From Macrostomum lignano (taxonomy: Eukaryota): a DNA stretch of 64,000 nt. Within the stretch, counting starts at the first letter, position 1, and the number at the start of each line of letters is the position of its first letter. Below, one piece after another: positions 35,371 through 47,054 of this stretch. The stretch is taken from NCBI GenBank assembly GCA_002269645.1, contig NIVC01003561.1, forward strand, positions 27,186 to 91,185. The letters are read 5' to 3'. The notes under the pieces were generated by a model. The model ran no database searches, was not told the DNA's origin, and saw nothing but the letters and a program-made list of their open reading frames with translations. Made by a program: the position numbers and the translations under genes.

Positions 35371-38159
35371 ATACAGTCCACAGCACCTTGATCTTGTACA
35401 ACTACCATGGCAGCAGCATGTCTTTTCTGCATTTCTTGTGCAAGGTGCTAGATATTCTAGTTGCAGAAACTGGTATTGCCAGATGCTGAGCTAATCCTCC
35501 AGCTGCAGCAGCAGTGCCAACTGGCTCAGGTGATGTGCCGCCTGCTGCTTCCCAACATTTGTCCACTAAGGCATCCAAGGAAGGGGCTCTGACCTGATCT
35601 TTGTTTGCATCATATGTCTAAGGAGGCTAGCTCTGTGCCTTGGTGCATGCTTTAGTGCCAATTATACTTAAAACAATTGCTTGTATATTGGACATTTCTA
35701 ATGTGTATATGTAACTATCCCTACCTAGTTTATTAGTTTATATATTTCATTACTTTTGTTGCATTGCAGACTAACATAGTATCATACTATTATTGTCCAA
35801 CTTATTTCATACACATAATAACTCCATTCTTTTTCTTCATTAAATTCAATAAAAATATACATTTGTACTATTTAGCAACCATAGGAATTTTTCATTTAGA
35901 ACAATCTCTTAGCATATGTTGCATAGTGGCTATAAATTGATTATAAACCATTTACTTTATATGTACTTCATTTTTCATTATGACAAAATATCCTAGCCTT
36001 ATTAATGAGTTATATAGTATACATCGATAAAAGAGAAGTTCTATATTATATACATATATATAGTTATATATAATAATCTATTCTCTAATAGACTTTCTAT
36101 CTGAGATCTTGGCTTCTAGTTATTAGGAATAGCTATAGTAAGAGATAATAAATCTAGCTCATATAATAAAGATATATTTTATGCCATCTAGCTCAAATAT
36201 AGACAGAGTGAAAAAATACTATTTGTCTGCCTATGGTTAAATATGCATTTAAATAAATAGGCCCTTTAATAGGTAGATTAGACTTGAAGGCCTCATAACA
36301 TATATATTAAAACAAACATATGAAACTGCTGCTAACTTGGCTGATAAGGCCACTATAAATTGTGGTAGACTAGGGATAAATCACAAAAATGCCTATTCAA
36401 AAGAATAGACATATTACTAGTTAGATTATAAGGCACTTAGCTATAATAAGACAGTCACAGTTATTCTTGCAATTTATCTAAAATTGGTCTATTTTTTGCA
36501 TTGAGGGTTTCTTTCCTAGACAAATTTCATGGCTAGTATAAATCAAGGGGATTGTGCATATGTATATATAAAAACAATTAATATGCTTTTAATTTTGTCC
36601 TAACTAAAGACTATTAGTCCTATTACAACCAAAATTCTTCTATATCTATACCAATAAACATCAATTTCTTATATAATTTTTTATATCTATATGTTTATCT
36701 ACAGCTAATTATTTTGTAGCTTCTTAGGCCTATAATAAATCCAATGAATCTAATGAATTTAATTTAAAGTTAAATATAATAGAAACATTTTTTTCTTATT
36801 TACCATGCTATAAATTATAATAAAGTAAAATGATAACAATAGTTTTAGGCCTACTTATTAGGGCCTACTCATTAGCAAGAATCATCTTATCTTTAGCCTT
36901 ACCCAATCATAATATGCATGTTATATTAAAAATTTCTATTGCTAAGTCATGGTATCAAGCTTTAGCTTTAGAGGCTTAAATGACTTCTGTATTTATCTTA
37001 ATTATTAGTCTTTTATCTCTACTTGTACTATGTACTACTATATGTATTAAGCTTAGGACCTAAAACATTGAATTTTTTGTTGCTTATGACTATAAAAGGA
37101 CTTAGGTTAAGAGCTTTTCTAGGCCTATTACATTAAAAGCTAATTAAATTAGCTAAAATTCATTTTAACTTTAGGCCTTTGCCTTTTTAACCAAACTATC
37201 TTTAATTATCAAGCCTTCCAAGATAGTTTTTTAATAATTAATATATACTTAGAAACATGTTAAAGTTTCTATCTCAAAGCTAGGCTAGTCTAGTGGTCAA
37301 CTGATGAATTAATCAATTTTTAATATTATCATTGACAATACATTGTCATTAGGCCTAATATTAGTTTATTTTTCTTCATATTAGCTTAATTACAAAATCA
37401 ACCCATATAAGCCTACAAATATAGTGTGAATTGTTGCATCACTTGGACAAAGTCACAGCTCAGATCTAAGGAAAGTTGACCATTGGTTTTGGAGTAGCAA
37501 CTTTAATATTCTGCTAAATGCTAAGTATAAGCCAAGGTCTAGGCCTACTTTACTAAAATTCAAAATATTGTTTAACTAGACTTAACACTTAGGGTTTATT
37601 TTCGTGCACAGAATGTGCATGGGCGGCCTATGTAGGCCTATCCTAAATTTTAAAATTGTAGGCCCCTACCTCAAAATTAAAAAATGGATGCAGTTTAAGT
37701 GCAGTCTCATAACCTATTTTTCTAATGAAGCTTTATTTGTATTGTTTTAATTTAAAAAAGAGAAATTGCACTTTGAAATTGAACATAGAGTGCATTTTGT
37801 ACTTTGTTTTGGCAAAAAAGAGAACCCTGATTAGACTATCTATAGCCAAAAAGGCCCTAAAGGTTTTATAAAATTTTAATTTTGATTTTGATTTTCCATA
37901 GGCCTATTTCAGAAATTTCTAAATGCAAATTTAGATGTTAGATGATGATTTTTTAAAAATTGGAGCCCTAGAGGGCAAAAAAACTTTTTTTCTGCATTTG
38001 TATTTTGCTTCCACCGCTTCCATTGGAGATGGATTTGTCTCTGCGCCCCCATGGAGATGATGATAATGATTTGATAAATGTGGTGATATTCAAAATATTC
38101 TTCACATGCAATCAGTTTAAAAATATTTTTACAATTAGGCCCATTAAGTTTAAAATAAG

Positions 38160-38275
38160 GGGTGCGTTCGAGTGGCTTAAAATGGCTTAAATTGGCTTAA
38201 AATGGCGCCGCTGCTTAAAATCATTTTAAGTAATTTTAAGTTATTTTAAGCCATTTAAGCTACTCGAATGCACCC
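38160..38275. mobile_element. 116-bp MITE
   Basis: TIR GGGTGCGTTCGAGTGGCTTAAA / TTTAAGCTACTCGAATGCACCC; AAG on both flanks (possible 3-bp TSD); internal GGCTTAAAAT repeats. Confidence 0.75.
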
Positions 38276-39829
38276 AAGCTATCTTGATAATGAAAAAATG
38301 TTGTTAAATCTTCTTTATTCATTTAACAATACTTTTTACTCAAAGAAAATACATATGTTAAAGTAGTATACCATTTGAGCAATTTAAAAGCAGCATGTAT
38401 AGGCCTAGCTACTCTTTGTTTTAGTATAACTATTTGAAAGGTTAAGATAATCGTTGTTAATAAAATTAAGACAATTAAAAATCAGGTTTAGGCCTACCTC
38501 ACTATAAGTCCAAAAAGCTATTTTATGCTTCTCAAATGTACCCTAAGAGTGACGGATTCTCAGACAGATTAATTAAAATCACGATTGTTGAACGTGTTTT
38601 GTATACACATTTTATATTGGTAGTGGGACCCCAGGGTTTTAGCTAAAAAATCCCCAGGACCGGAGGACCCCAGGCCCAGGGCCAGGGAGCGATTTTTTTG
38701 GTGAAAAAAATTTCTAGGGAATTGACATCCCTAATTAGAACCTCTTGCTTTCCCCAAGCAATGCAGAACATATCTATAGCACTAGTAATACACTCATACA
38801 TGTGCAACTCCCCTGGGTCCTGATTTACACTAGCCATGAATTGAAACTTACTTTTTGACCAAAAATGCAATTTACCTAGGCTAGGTGGCAGGCGCCTGGT
38901 AGGCCTAGGGCGCTAGGCCCCCTAGGCTATGCACTAGCCTAGCCCATGTATGAAAGAAAACCTGAAGCAAAAGTTAATAATATAGGCCTAGTTATGGATA
39001 AATGGCAGAACAAGAGTAACTATGACCATAGGCCTACTAAGGCCTATTAAGACTAAATACTTCTTCATTTAATTAGTACTAGGGGCCTATAAGCCTATGT
39101 CTATAAAATATAGACATAGGCTTATACTATAGGCCTAATCTATATTTTTATTTTTTAGGCCTAGTAGGCTTTTCTACCTATGTTTTCAATATTTGGCATA
39201 TTCATATACTAGTAGGCATATCTAAACTTGCTTTTCTTTGACTTTAATGTCTATATCAGTAAAAATTTTAAATTTGAATCATCTTTCCCTAGGCTCATGC
39301 CTGCTTTGTTCCTTGTCCAGTTGTCTTTAGTCTTCTTTTCTATCTTTTTTTTGTCTTTTCTTTTTTTTCTTTTATTTTTCCTTTTCTTTCACTTTTTTCC
39401 TTTCTCTTTTGTTGCATGTAGGCCTAATATCAAAAATCTCTAATAATCTTTCAAGATCCCTAAGTTTAGTCTAGAGAGTCAGACTCAAAAGCTCCTTTGA
39501 ATTGAAAATAAAAGAATTTATTCTAACTTTAGCCCCTAATATCCTATTTGCATAATTTCAACCTGCTTTGATGAAGGAATTTTTGGTGAAAGTCAATAAT
39601 AGCAAAAATACTTTTGCAATAACCATTTTGTTTAAACTTTTAAAGCTGACCATTTTGGCAAATGCACCTTAAAATTTAGTGAAGAGTGAAAATTGAGTTC
39701 TTGTTGATTTCAAAAGTCAAAATAAAAAAGAAACTTTATAATGACTATTTACAAAGTTGTAAAGACTATTAGGCCTAGGCCTAGTTGTCATTTTTTTATA
39801 CTTATAGTGGGATTTTAAAGTATGCTTGC

Positions 39830-40650
39830 CCCTTGCTTGAGATGCAAAAATAGGTAAAAGTTGCTCAGGACAAGGTCAAATGAATAGGCAAGGTATGGCA
39901 GCTCTCAGAACCCTGCAATGCTGATAGCTGCCTTTGCCTACTAATTATCCTTGATTGTCTTTTACAGATAGGTGAACAGATTAGCATAGTAGGCACCTAT
40001 GACTATCTGTTTATATAGAAAAAAGTCTAGTAGTAGTGGGCCTTTGGCATCCCAAAAGACTAAGCATTATCTTGACTGCACTATATCTAATATGTGCCTT
40101 CTGTGATGCAGGTGCACCAACTGGCAGTCACTACTTTGATTCTTCTTGATTTGTGATTATGGTGGTAGATCTATGTCTCATTACTAGTCATAGTAGAATA
40201 AAAATTTGGCATAATCTAGACTATAAGTTTGTAGGACAAGCTTTGTATACTATAACCATATAGACTTTTAGTTGCTTGTCAAGATTTGCAGGATCCATTA
40301 GGCTGAAACCTTTGACAAATGAAAATGCTAGGGTAGGATCTCGATGACCTATGGGTCAAAAAGCCCAGTGTTTGCCACAAGTTCCTTGACCTTTACTTGC
40401 TAATCACTATGCAAACCATCAACCAAGGCCTCAATGTGCTAGATTTTTTTCAGCAGTGACAGCAGCCTGGGGGCATTTGCATTGAGGGTTATCTCCAAGA
40501 GTCTTAGCCAAATTTGAACTTGGCTGCCTAACACTTGACAGTGGCATATATGGGGGCAGCCCTAGTATATATGCCAGCCATGCAACTTTGGATTTCAGCA
40601 GGTTTTGAGCCTTGCAAGGTCAAGAATTTGATCACTGCCCTATACTTAAG
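39830..40650 (-). pseudogene. Mariner (DD34D) transposase relic, heavily C-to-T/G-to-A mutated
   Basis: Hand translation gives KYRAVIKFLTLQG...YATVKC*AAKFKFG; HLSKVSA*WILQILT; TSNET*IYHH; VFWDAKGPLLLDF; LPYLAYSFDLVLSNFYLFLHLK. These are the mariner motifs YRAVIKF, WVPR, GDETW, FWD and HPPYSPDLAPSDF in the expected order. Confidence 0.88.
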
Positions 40651-41224
40651 TTTTAGTCCTTGAGAATTTGCTATAGATAGCTAAAAATATTAAGGTGCTA
40701 TGGAACTTAAGTAATGTCTAGAGAGCTGAAAATTTTGTCAAAGACTATATCATATTATTGTGTTAAAGCTTTGATTTTCACACTTTGTAACAATGAGATC
40801 TTGGTCAGGCTTGGCTCAGAACTTTTTTAGTGCTTGTATATTGCTTTTTAATATTGTGATCATTTTTATTTAACATAACCAGTTTTTATGCCAAATACAT
40901 CATTTTAAGCCTTTTAATCCCTTATTTATTGATAAAAAATCTTATGTAACCAGATTAGCCAAAACCTTAGAGATAATACTTGCAAGAGTCATATGCATCA
41001 GTTTTACCTTCTAATATACTAGGCTCTATTAGCTTCTTTTTTGCTCTTAGCTTTTAGCTTATTATATACTAAGATGAAAAAAACTCAATATGATAATTAA
41101 AATTAAATATAAAGGTCTAGTACTATTTATGAAAAAGTAGTATTCATATTCTAATTTTAGTTTAAATTTCAATCTATATATATAAAACAAAAGATTGAAT
41201 ACTTCCCATGTATAAAATAAAGAT

Positions 41225-41362
41225 ACTAATCCTAAAATCCTAATCCTAATCCTAAATCCTAAAAATCCTAACAGTGCAAGTTCGAAGAAAATCGGTTGAG
41301 CCGTTTTTGCTAAAATCGATCACACACACACACATACACACACACACATACCGACAGACCAT
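41225..41362 (-). mobile_element. Helitron/HINE-like 5' terminal fragment in opposite orientation
   Basis: Minus strand reads ATCCAATATACTAAAAATGG-TCTGTC-(TG)n-...AAAACGGCTCAACCGATTTT, parallel to the 5' end of the + strand Helitron (TCTCTACATATAAAAATC-(CTGT)n-...AAACCGCTCAACCAAATT). Confidence 0.55.
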
Positions 41363-41431
41363 TTTTAGTATATTGGATTGGAATCTTGACCCTTTATATT
41401 AGAAGGTATATTAGAAGGTAAGGCTAGCTAA

Positions 41432-41454
41432 TCTCTACATATAAAAATCAAAAC

Positions 41455-41487
<33 letters not shown>

Positions 41488-43020
41488 GGACAAATTACTT
41501 CGCTATGGACTCCCAAACCGCTCAACCAAATTACACCAAACTTTACACCCACCCTAAACTTACTACGGAAAATGTCTTAGGCTACCTTAAAATTTCCTAA
41601 ATTTGAGTCTTCCTACCTAAAAGTACAAAAAACTGCTCAAAATGCGCGATTTTTTCACTAAATCCTCCATAGCGCCGCTTCACTTCTACCGATTCTCTTC
41701 AAATTTGACACAGGCAATTTTCAACTATTTTGACACAATCGTGTAAAATTTCGAATCTCAAAGTTAATCCTGAGCGGTGCTGTGCACTTTTAAAGTTAGG
41801 CTGTTTTTTCAGCGAGACAGCCACCCCAACCTCCGCCCGCCTGCCTTTCTTTCTTTCTTGGATGAGGAAGATGGCAATCGATAAGACTAGCATAGTTGTC
41901 TGTGGTACAAAAAGCGATACGATGCAATCCTGATTCCTGAATTAGTCACACAAAATAGAATTTGTAACACTAAGTCCTATTTAAAGGCACTTTAAAATTC
42001 AAATGCCCCCAAAGAAAAGCGCATTGGGTCGTTTCACTGCTGCAGCTAGACGATGGAGATCTACAAGGCAAAGCAATGCGGCTGAAGCAGGAACATCACA
42101 TAGCACAGAGGAAGCAGACAACACAGGTAGCTCTGCCCAGGCCAGATCGAGTGCAAGTGCTTTAGGAGAACAAGCCCAGAAAAGAAGCCTTCGACCACCG
42201 ACAAGATCATCGACATCAGCAGCCGGCGCCAGCACTTCCGATGGAACTGGAAGTACACAGGTTCCTCTCAGGGCTGCAAATTGGGAAGAAAGACGACGTG
42301 AACAAAAAAGACAGCAAACAGCCGAGGCACGACGCAATGAAACGACTGTTCAGACTCAGCAACGACAGGAACGGGACAGAGATCAGACCGCAGAGGCACG
42401 ACGCAATGAAACGACTGTCCAGACTCAGCAACGACGGGAACGGGACAGAGATCAGACCGCAGAGGCACGACGCAATGAAACGACTGTCCAGACTCAGCAA
42501 CGACGGGAACGGGACAGAGATCAGACCGCAGAGGCACGACGCAATGAAACGACGGGTGAAGCTGGAGTGCGCCGTGAAGACGATCGAAGACGCCACAGAG
42601 AACGCGCTGCGGCCTATCGATTTATTGAGCAAGACGTTGCCCATGACGAATCTGAGCAAGCAATTGGACCACCTCCTTGGGCCCTAAGCTTTGCTCTAAA
42701 TTATGATCCTACTTTTGTTTATAGCAGCCACCCAAAGCTTGCTATCGAAAGAATGTCGAAGAAATGTCAGCATTGCAATGCGTTGAGGTGGGCAAATGAG
42801 ACACCTGGCATGTGTTGTAGCAATGGAAAAGTCAGACTCACTCCTCTGAATGAGAATCTAGAAATATACTTTTTAATACACATTTATACCAAGTTTCGTT
42901 CACACCTCTATCCAACTATTAACAAGTTTTGAGTATGACTTTGGATTTTAAAATACATGCAAAAATGGTTCCGGGGATTTGAATTCCCCAGGTTCAAAAT
43001 CCGCGGGTTTCAACAGCTTG
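41432..43020 (+). mobile_element. Internally deleted Helitron
   Basis: A|TC 5' end followed by a (CTGT)n tract; 3' hairpins (GGGGATTTGAATTCCCC; AAATCCGCGGGTTT) then CAACAGCTTG|T; inserted between A and T with no TSD; carries the N-terminal part of a RepHel ORF. Confidence 0.82.
42003..42932 (+). CDS. Truncated Helitron Rep/Helicase N-terminal region (309 aa)
   Basis: MPPKK start; about 3.5 copies of a 23-aa charged repeat (QTAEARRNETTVQTQQRRERDRD); ALNYDP...HP...IERMSKKCQHCNALRWANETPGMCCSNGKVRL is the RepHel zinc-finger-like motif. Rep and helicase domains absent. Confidence 0.8.
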   Translation: MPPKKSALGRFTAAARRWRSTRQSNAAEAGTSHSTEEADNTGSSAQARSSASALGEQAQKRSLRPPTRSSTSAAGASTSDGTGSTQVPLRAANWEERRREQKRQQTAEARRNETTVQTQQRQERDRDQTAEARRNETTVQTQQRRERDRDQTAEARRNETTVQTQQRRERDRDQTAEARRNETTGEAGVRREDDRRRHRERAAAYRFIEQDVAHDESEQAIGPPPWALSFALNYDPTFVYSSHPKLAIERMSKKCQHCNALRWANETPGMCCSNGKVRLTPLNENLEIYFLIHIYTKFRSHLYPTINKF

Positions 43021-43543
43021 TATAATAATATAGAAGGCTAATATAGAAGGTAAGCCTCTATATTAGAAGGTAAGGCTAGCTAAGTAGCTTTGATAAACCT
43101 AAAACTAGAGGAAATAATAATGTTGATAGTTAAATTTAAACCTGTCTTTACTAAGACTAAGTAGTAAATAAAGCAGGCAGCCTACAAATAGGCTTACCTT
43201 TATAAGGCATATCTATAGGTTGTAGCCAGTCATATTAATATAGTATCTGGCAGTCTCTTAGTCCTCATTGTTTTGTAGGCTAGTTTATAGTTTGCTAATC
43301 TAAAATTGCAGAGCTGAGAATTCCACTCAGCTCTGCAATTCTGATATCCAAAGACTATATCTTTAGTACAGAGTTGATATTTTCTTTCATCCAGTAGCGA
43401 TGTTAATTGATTAGGGAATTTTAGCCTCTGTCAAAGCTATCATTCAAATTGCTCTCTGCAGAGCGTCAGCCGGGTGGCTTAACCGGGACCGAAGCAGAGA
43501 AAGAGAGCCAAAAGCAGCAAAGAAAGCTGATTACTCAGAATCC

Positions 43544-45396
43544 ATGGGTCGCTACAGTGTCAAGCCAGAGAGCGCTTCAAAGTGCGCCAAAGCGCGCGGC
43601 TCCTATCTGCGCGTGCATTTCAAGAATACGCGCGAGGCTGCTGGCGCGGTGCGCGGCATGCCACTAAAACGGGCGCAGCGCTACCTGAAGAATGTCATCG
43701 CCAAGAAGGAAATTGTGCCGTTCAGGCGCTTTATGGGCGGCACCGGCCGGCATGCCCAGTCTAAGGTGTGGGGCACAGCCACTGGCCGCTGGCCGAAGAA
43801 GTCCTGCGAATTTCTGCTGCAGTTGCTCAAGAACTGCGAGAGCAACGCTGAGTTCAAGGGATTGGACGCTGATCACCTGGTTATCGATCACATCCAGGTG
43901 TGGCTGGCTTAAATGTCTGCAGAGAGTAGAGAGGCAGATTCTCAACAGCTAAGTGAGAGCAGAGAGGCAGATTCTCAACAGCTGAGTGAGAGCAGAAGAG
44001 AGGCAGATTCTCAACAGCTGAGTGAGAGCAGAGGCAGATTCTCAACAGCTAAGTGAGAGCAGAGAGGCAGATTCTCAACAGCTGAGTGAGAGCAGAGAGG
44101 CAGATTCTCAACAGCTAAGTGAGAGCAGAGAGGCAGATTCTCAACAGCTGAGTGAGAGCAGAGAGGCAGATTCTCAACAGCTAAGTGAGAGCAGAGAGGC
44201 AGATTCTCAACAGCTAAGTGAGAGCAGAGAGGCAGATTCTCAACAGCTGAGTGAGAGCAGAGAGGCAGATTCTCAACAGCTGAGGGAGAGCAGAAGAGAG
44301 GCAGATTCTCAACAGCTAAGTGAGAGCAGAGAGGCAGATTCTCAACAGCTGAGTGAGAGCAGAGAGGCAGATTCTAAACAGCTGAGTGAGAGCAGAGAGG
44401 CAGATTCTCAACAGCTGAGTGAGAGCAGAGGCAGATTCTCAACAGCTAAGTGAGAGCAGAGAGGCAGATTCTCAACAGCTAAGTGAGAGCAGAGAGGCAG
44501 ATTCTCAACAGCTGAGTGAGAGCAGAGAGGCAGATTCTCAACAGCTAAGTGAGAGCAGAGAGGCAGATTCTCAACAGCTAAGTGAGAGCAGAGGCAGATT
44601 CTCAACAGCTAAGTGAGAGCAGAGAGGCAGATTCTCAACAGCTAAGTGAGAGCAGAGAGGCAGATTCTCAACAGCTGAGTGAGAGCAGAGAGGCAGATTC
44701 TCAACAGCTAAGTGAGAGCAGAGAGGCAGATTCTCAACAGCTGAGTGAGAGCAGAGGCAGATTCTCAACAGCTAAGTGAGAGCAGAGAGGCAGATTCTCA
44801 ACAGCTAAGTGAGAGCAGAGAGGCAGATTCTCAACAGCTGAGTGAGAGCAGAGAGGCAGATTCTCAACAGCTAAGTGAGAGCAGAGAGGCAGATTCTCAA
44901 CAGCTGAGTGAGAGCAGAGGCAGATTCTCAACAGCTGAGTGAGAGCAGAGAGGCAGATTCTCAACAGCTGAGTGAGAGCAGAGGCAGATTCTCAACAGCT
45001 AAGTGAGAGCAGAGGCAGATTCTCAACAGCTGAGTGAGAGCAGAGGCAGATTCTCAACAGCTAAGTGAGAGCAGAGAGGCAGATTCTCAACAGCTGAGGG
45101 TAGAGCGCAAGAGGCAGTTTCTCGGTAGGGGAGCAGAAGAAAGTTCTCTATTATTAAGGTAAAAAAGAGCGCCCTTTCCGCCTCGGTCTCAGGTGAACCG
45201 CGCCCCTAAGATGCGCCGGCGCACGTACCGCGCCCACGGCCGCATCGGGCCCTACATGTCTTCGCCGTGCCACGTTGAAGTGATTCTAAACGAGCACGAA
45301 CAGGTGGTAGCCCGGGCCGCGGACACCGAGGAGACCACGGCGAAGAAGAAGGAGAGCAAGAAGAAGCTTAAGAAGGCCAAGCTGCGAGGCGAATAG
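43544..45396 (+). CDS. RPL17: 60S ribosomal protein L17 (uL22), 2 exons (43544-43897, 45193-45396), 185 aa
   Basis: MGRYS...[16 protein letters not shown]...GRWPKKS...DHIQ|[32 protein letters not shown]; phase-0 GT-AG intron. Confidence 0.97.
43915..45110. repeat. 33/31-bp tandem repeat (GAGAGCAGAGAGGCAGATTCTCAACAGCTAAGT)n
   Basis: About 36 copies filling the RPL17 intron. Confidence 0.95.
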
Positions 45397-45689
45397 ATGG
45401 GGTGATAATTGATTTGACTGAACCATCGGTCTATGCTGGCAGCGTGTGGCTGGGAAATGATTGCTAAATACAAGAATTGTTTAGCCAGGCGTTTCTCTTG
45501 AATCGCTGACGCGCTCTGATGCTTTGTTGGAGATGTTTTCCACTTGTTCGTTTTTTTGCTTCTCAGTCACGAATTGCTTTATGTGTACTTGGTTATAATT
45601 AAGGTTAGATTGATTCTTGAATGCGATACATGGCCTGTGTCTTCGGGTAGAGGCTGTCAACAGGTGTACTTTGAGATGGTTTATCAGCC

Positions 45690-45860
45690 CCAGGTGTACC
45701 TTCAGATTGGTTCTCAACCGCTAGGTGTGTGTGTCTTCAGATGGGTTCTCAACCCCTAGGTGTGTGTACCTTCAGATGGGTTCTCAACCGCTAGGTGTAC
45801 ATTCAGATGGGTTCTCAACCGCTATGTGTACATTCAGATTGTTTCTTAACCGCTTGGTAA
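45690..45860. repeat. Short degenerate tandem repeat (CAGATGGGTTCTCAACCGCTAGGTGT...)
   Basis: About 5 copies; shares CAGA..TTCTCAAC.GCT with the RPL17 intron unit. Confidence 0.75.
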
Positions 45861-45927
45861 ACGTAGGCAATAATTAAGTCAGTGTCTAATATAAAAAATC
45901 CACTGTTAAAAGCTTCAGCAGCACTGA

Positions 45928-47054
45928 ATGTGGTCTCAGTCACCTCGTAGCTCAGGCCCGCTCAGCCAACTGCTCAGAGAGCTGTCCACTGACGAATCAG
46001 ATAATAATAATTATAATATTGACCAGAGCTGCTCAGACCTGATTTCCGTCTACAAAGCTGCCACAACCGCGTCGGAGTTGAGCAGCGACGCCGACCTATT
46101 TGCAGTGAGTCGCAGTCAGAACTGTTTAGCTGGTCCTGCTGTGTTTCATCGTTTGAAACAGTCAGCTAACGGCTCAGCGGCTGGACTTCAGCGGCATCTG
46201 CTGTCACTGGGCCAGCTCAATCCCCTGATGGACTGCGGGCACTACTGCACTCTGGTGCTGCCGTGCCGCACTCCTGCAGCCGCTGCAGCCCATGCCCTGG
46301 CTCGCTTGACATCAATTAGTCCGGAACAGACTCTTGATGAAGGGTTAGTAACCGCGTTTTATTCTTTCAGTAATATATATTTTGGCCCTGAAAGCTTCCA
46401 TCCAGTTTGTAATGTTTTACCAGCCAATCAGAGCGGCCCAACAAGCAAAAGCTGAGGACACGAGCCCAGCCTCAGCTAGTGAAAGTAGTCCTGTACCATC
46501 TAGATTTTCCCCAGTGCGAAAGACTGAAAATGCTAGCAGCGAATTTGTCTATGGCAAAACCACATTCAGGGCTATGCGTTTCTAAGAAAATCCGAGTGTA
46601 TGGCATCCCTCTACTTCAGTTGTCTATGGTCCTTATCCACCCAAGCCTTTGGTTCCATTTTAATGACACGATCTGCAACTGTTCCAGCGCTATCAAATGC
46701 GGCCAAGCAGCAAAAGCAAAAGAAGACAGCAAAGAAACCAGCGAAAGCAGCAACAATAGTAGCGAGACTCTGAACTTCCAGACTCCGCCGGAAGGGCTCT
46801 CTAACCCGCTAGACACGCCGCCAGAAGCCAAGCGCCGCTGTACGGAAGATGAAGTTGGGGAGGCGAACGAGTCCGGGTCTGCCTGCCCCAGCTCAACCTC
46901 AGTGTCTGCTGCCAGACTTGAGCTGCGCAGGCTGGTGACTCAATCGCTGAGCCGGCTTGCTTCCACACCGGAAGCAGATATTGAACTGGCGGAACTGGCC
47001 GTCACCGAATGCGATATGGACGCCGATATTGACTATGTGGCCCGATATAGTTGA
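45928..47054 (+). CDS. Uncharacterised protein, 2 exons (45928-46343, 46424-47054)
   Basis: Acceptor CTTCAG 10 nt upstream of the ATG; donor GG|GTTAGT and acceptor TTTTACCAG| join two ORFs in phase 2. No domain recognised; a further small intron is possible. Confidence 0.6.

Noticed and set aside
35600-37600. Further degraded coding sequence inside the AT-rich island
   Set aside because: Probably another mutated element, but I could not recover any motif by hand translation; needs tBLASTx or HMM searching after reverting TA/TG to CG.
41225-41272. Telomeric repeat or chromosome-fusion scar ((AATCCT)n; also CCCTAAA in the 10725-11345 array)
   Set aside because: Few, irregular units that do not match TTAGGG; better explained as part of a Helitron fragment and a minisatellite.
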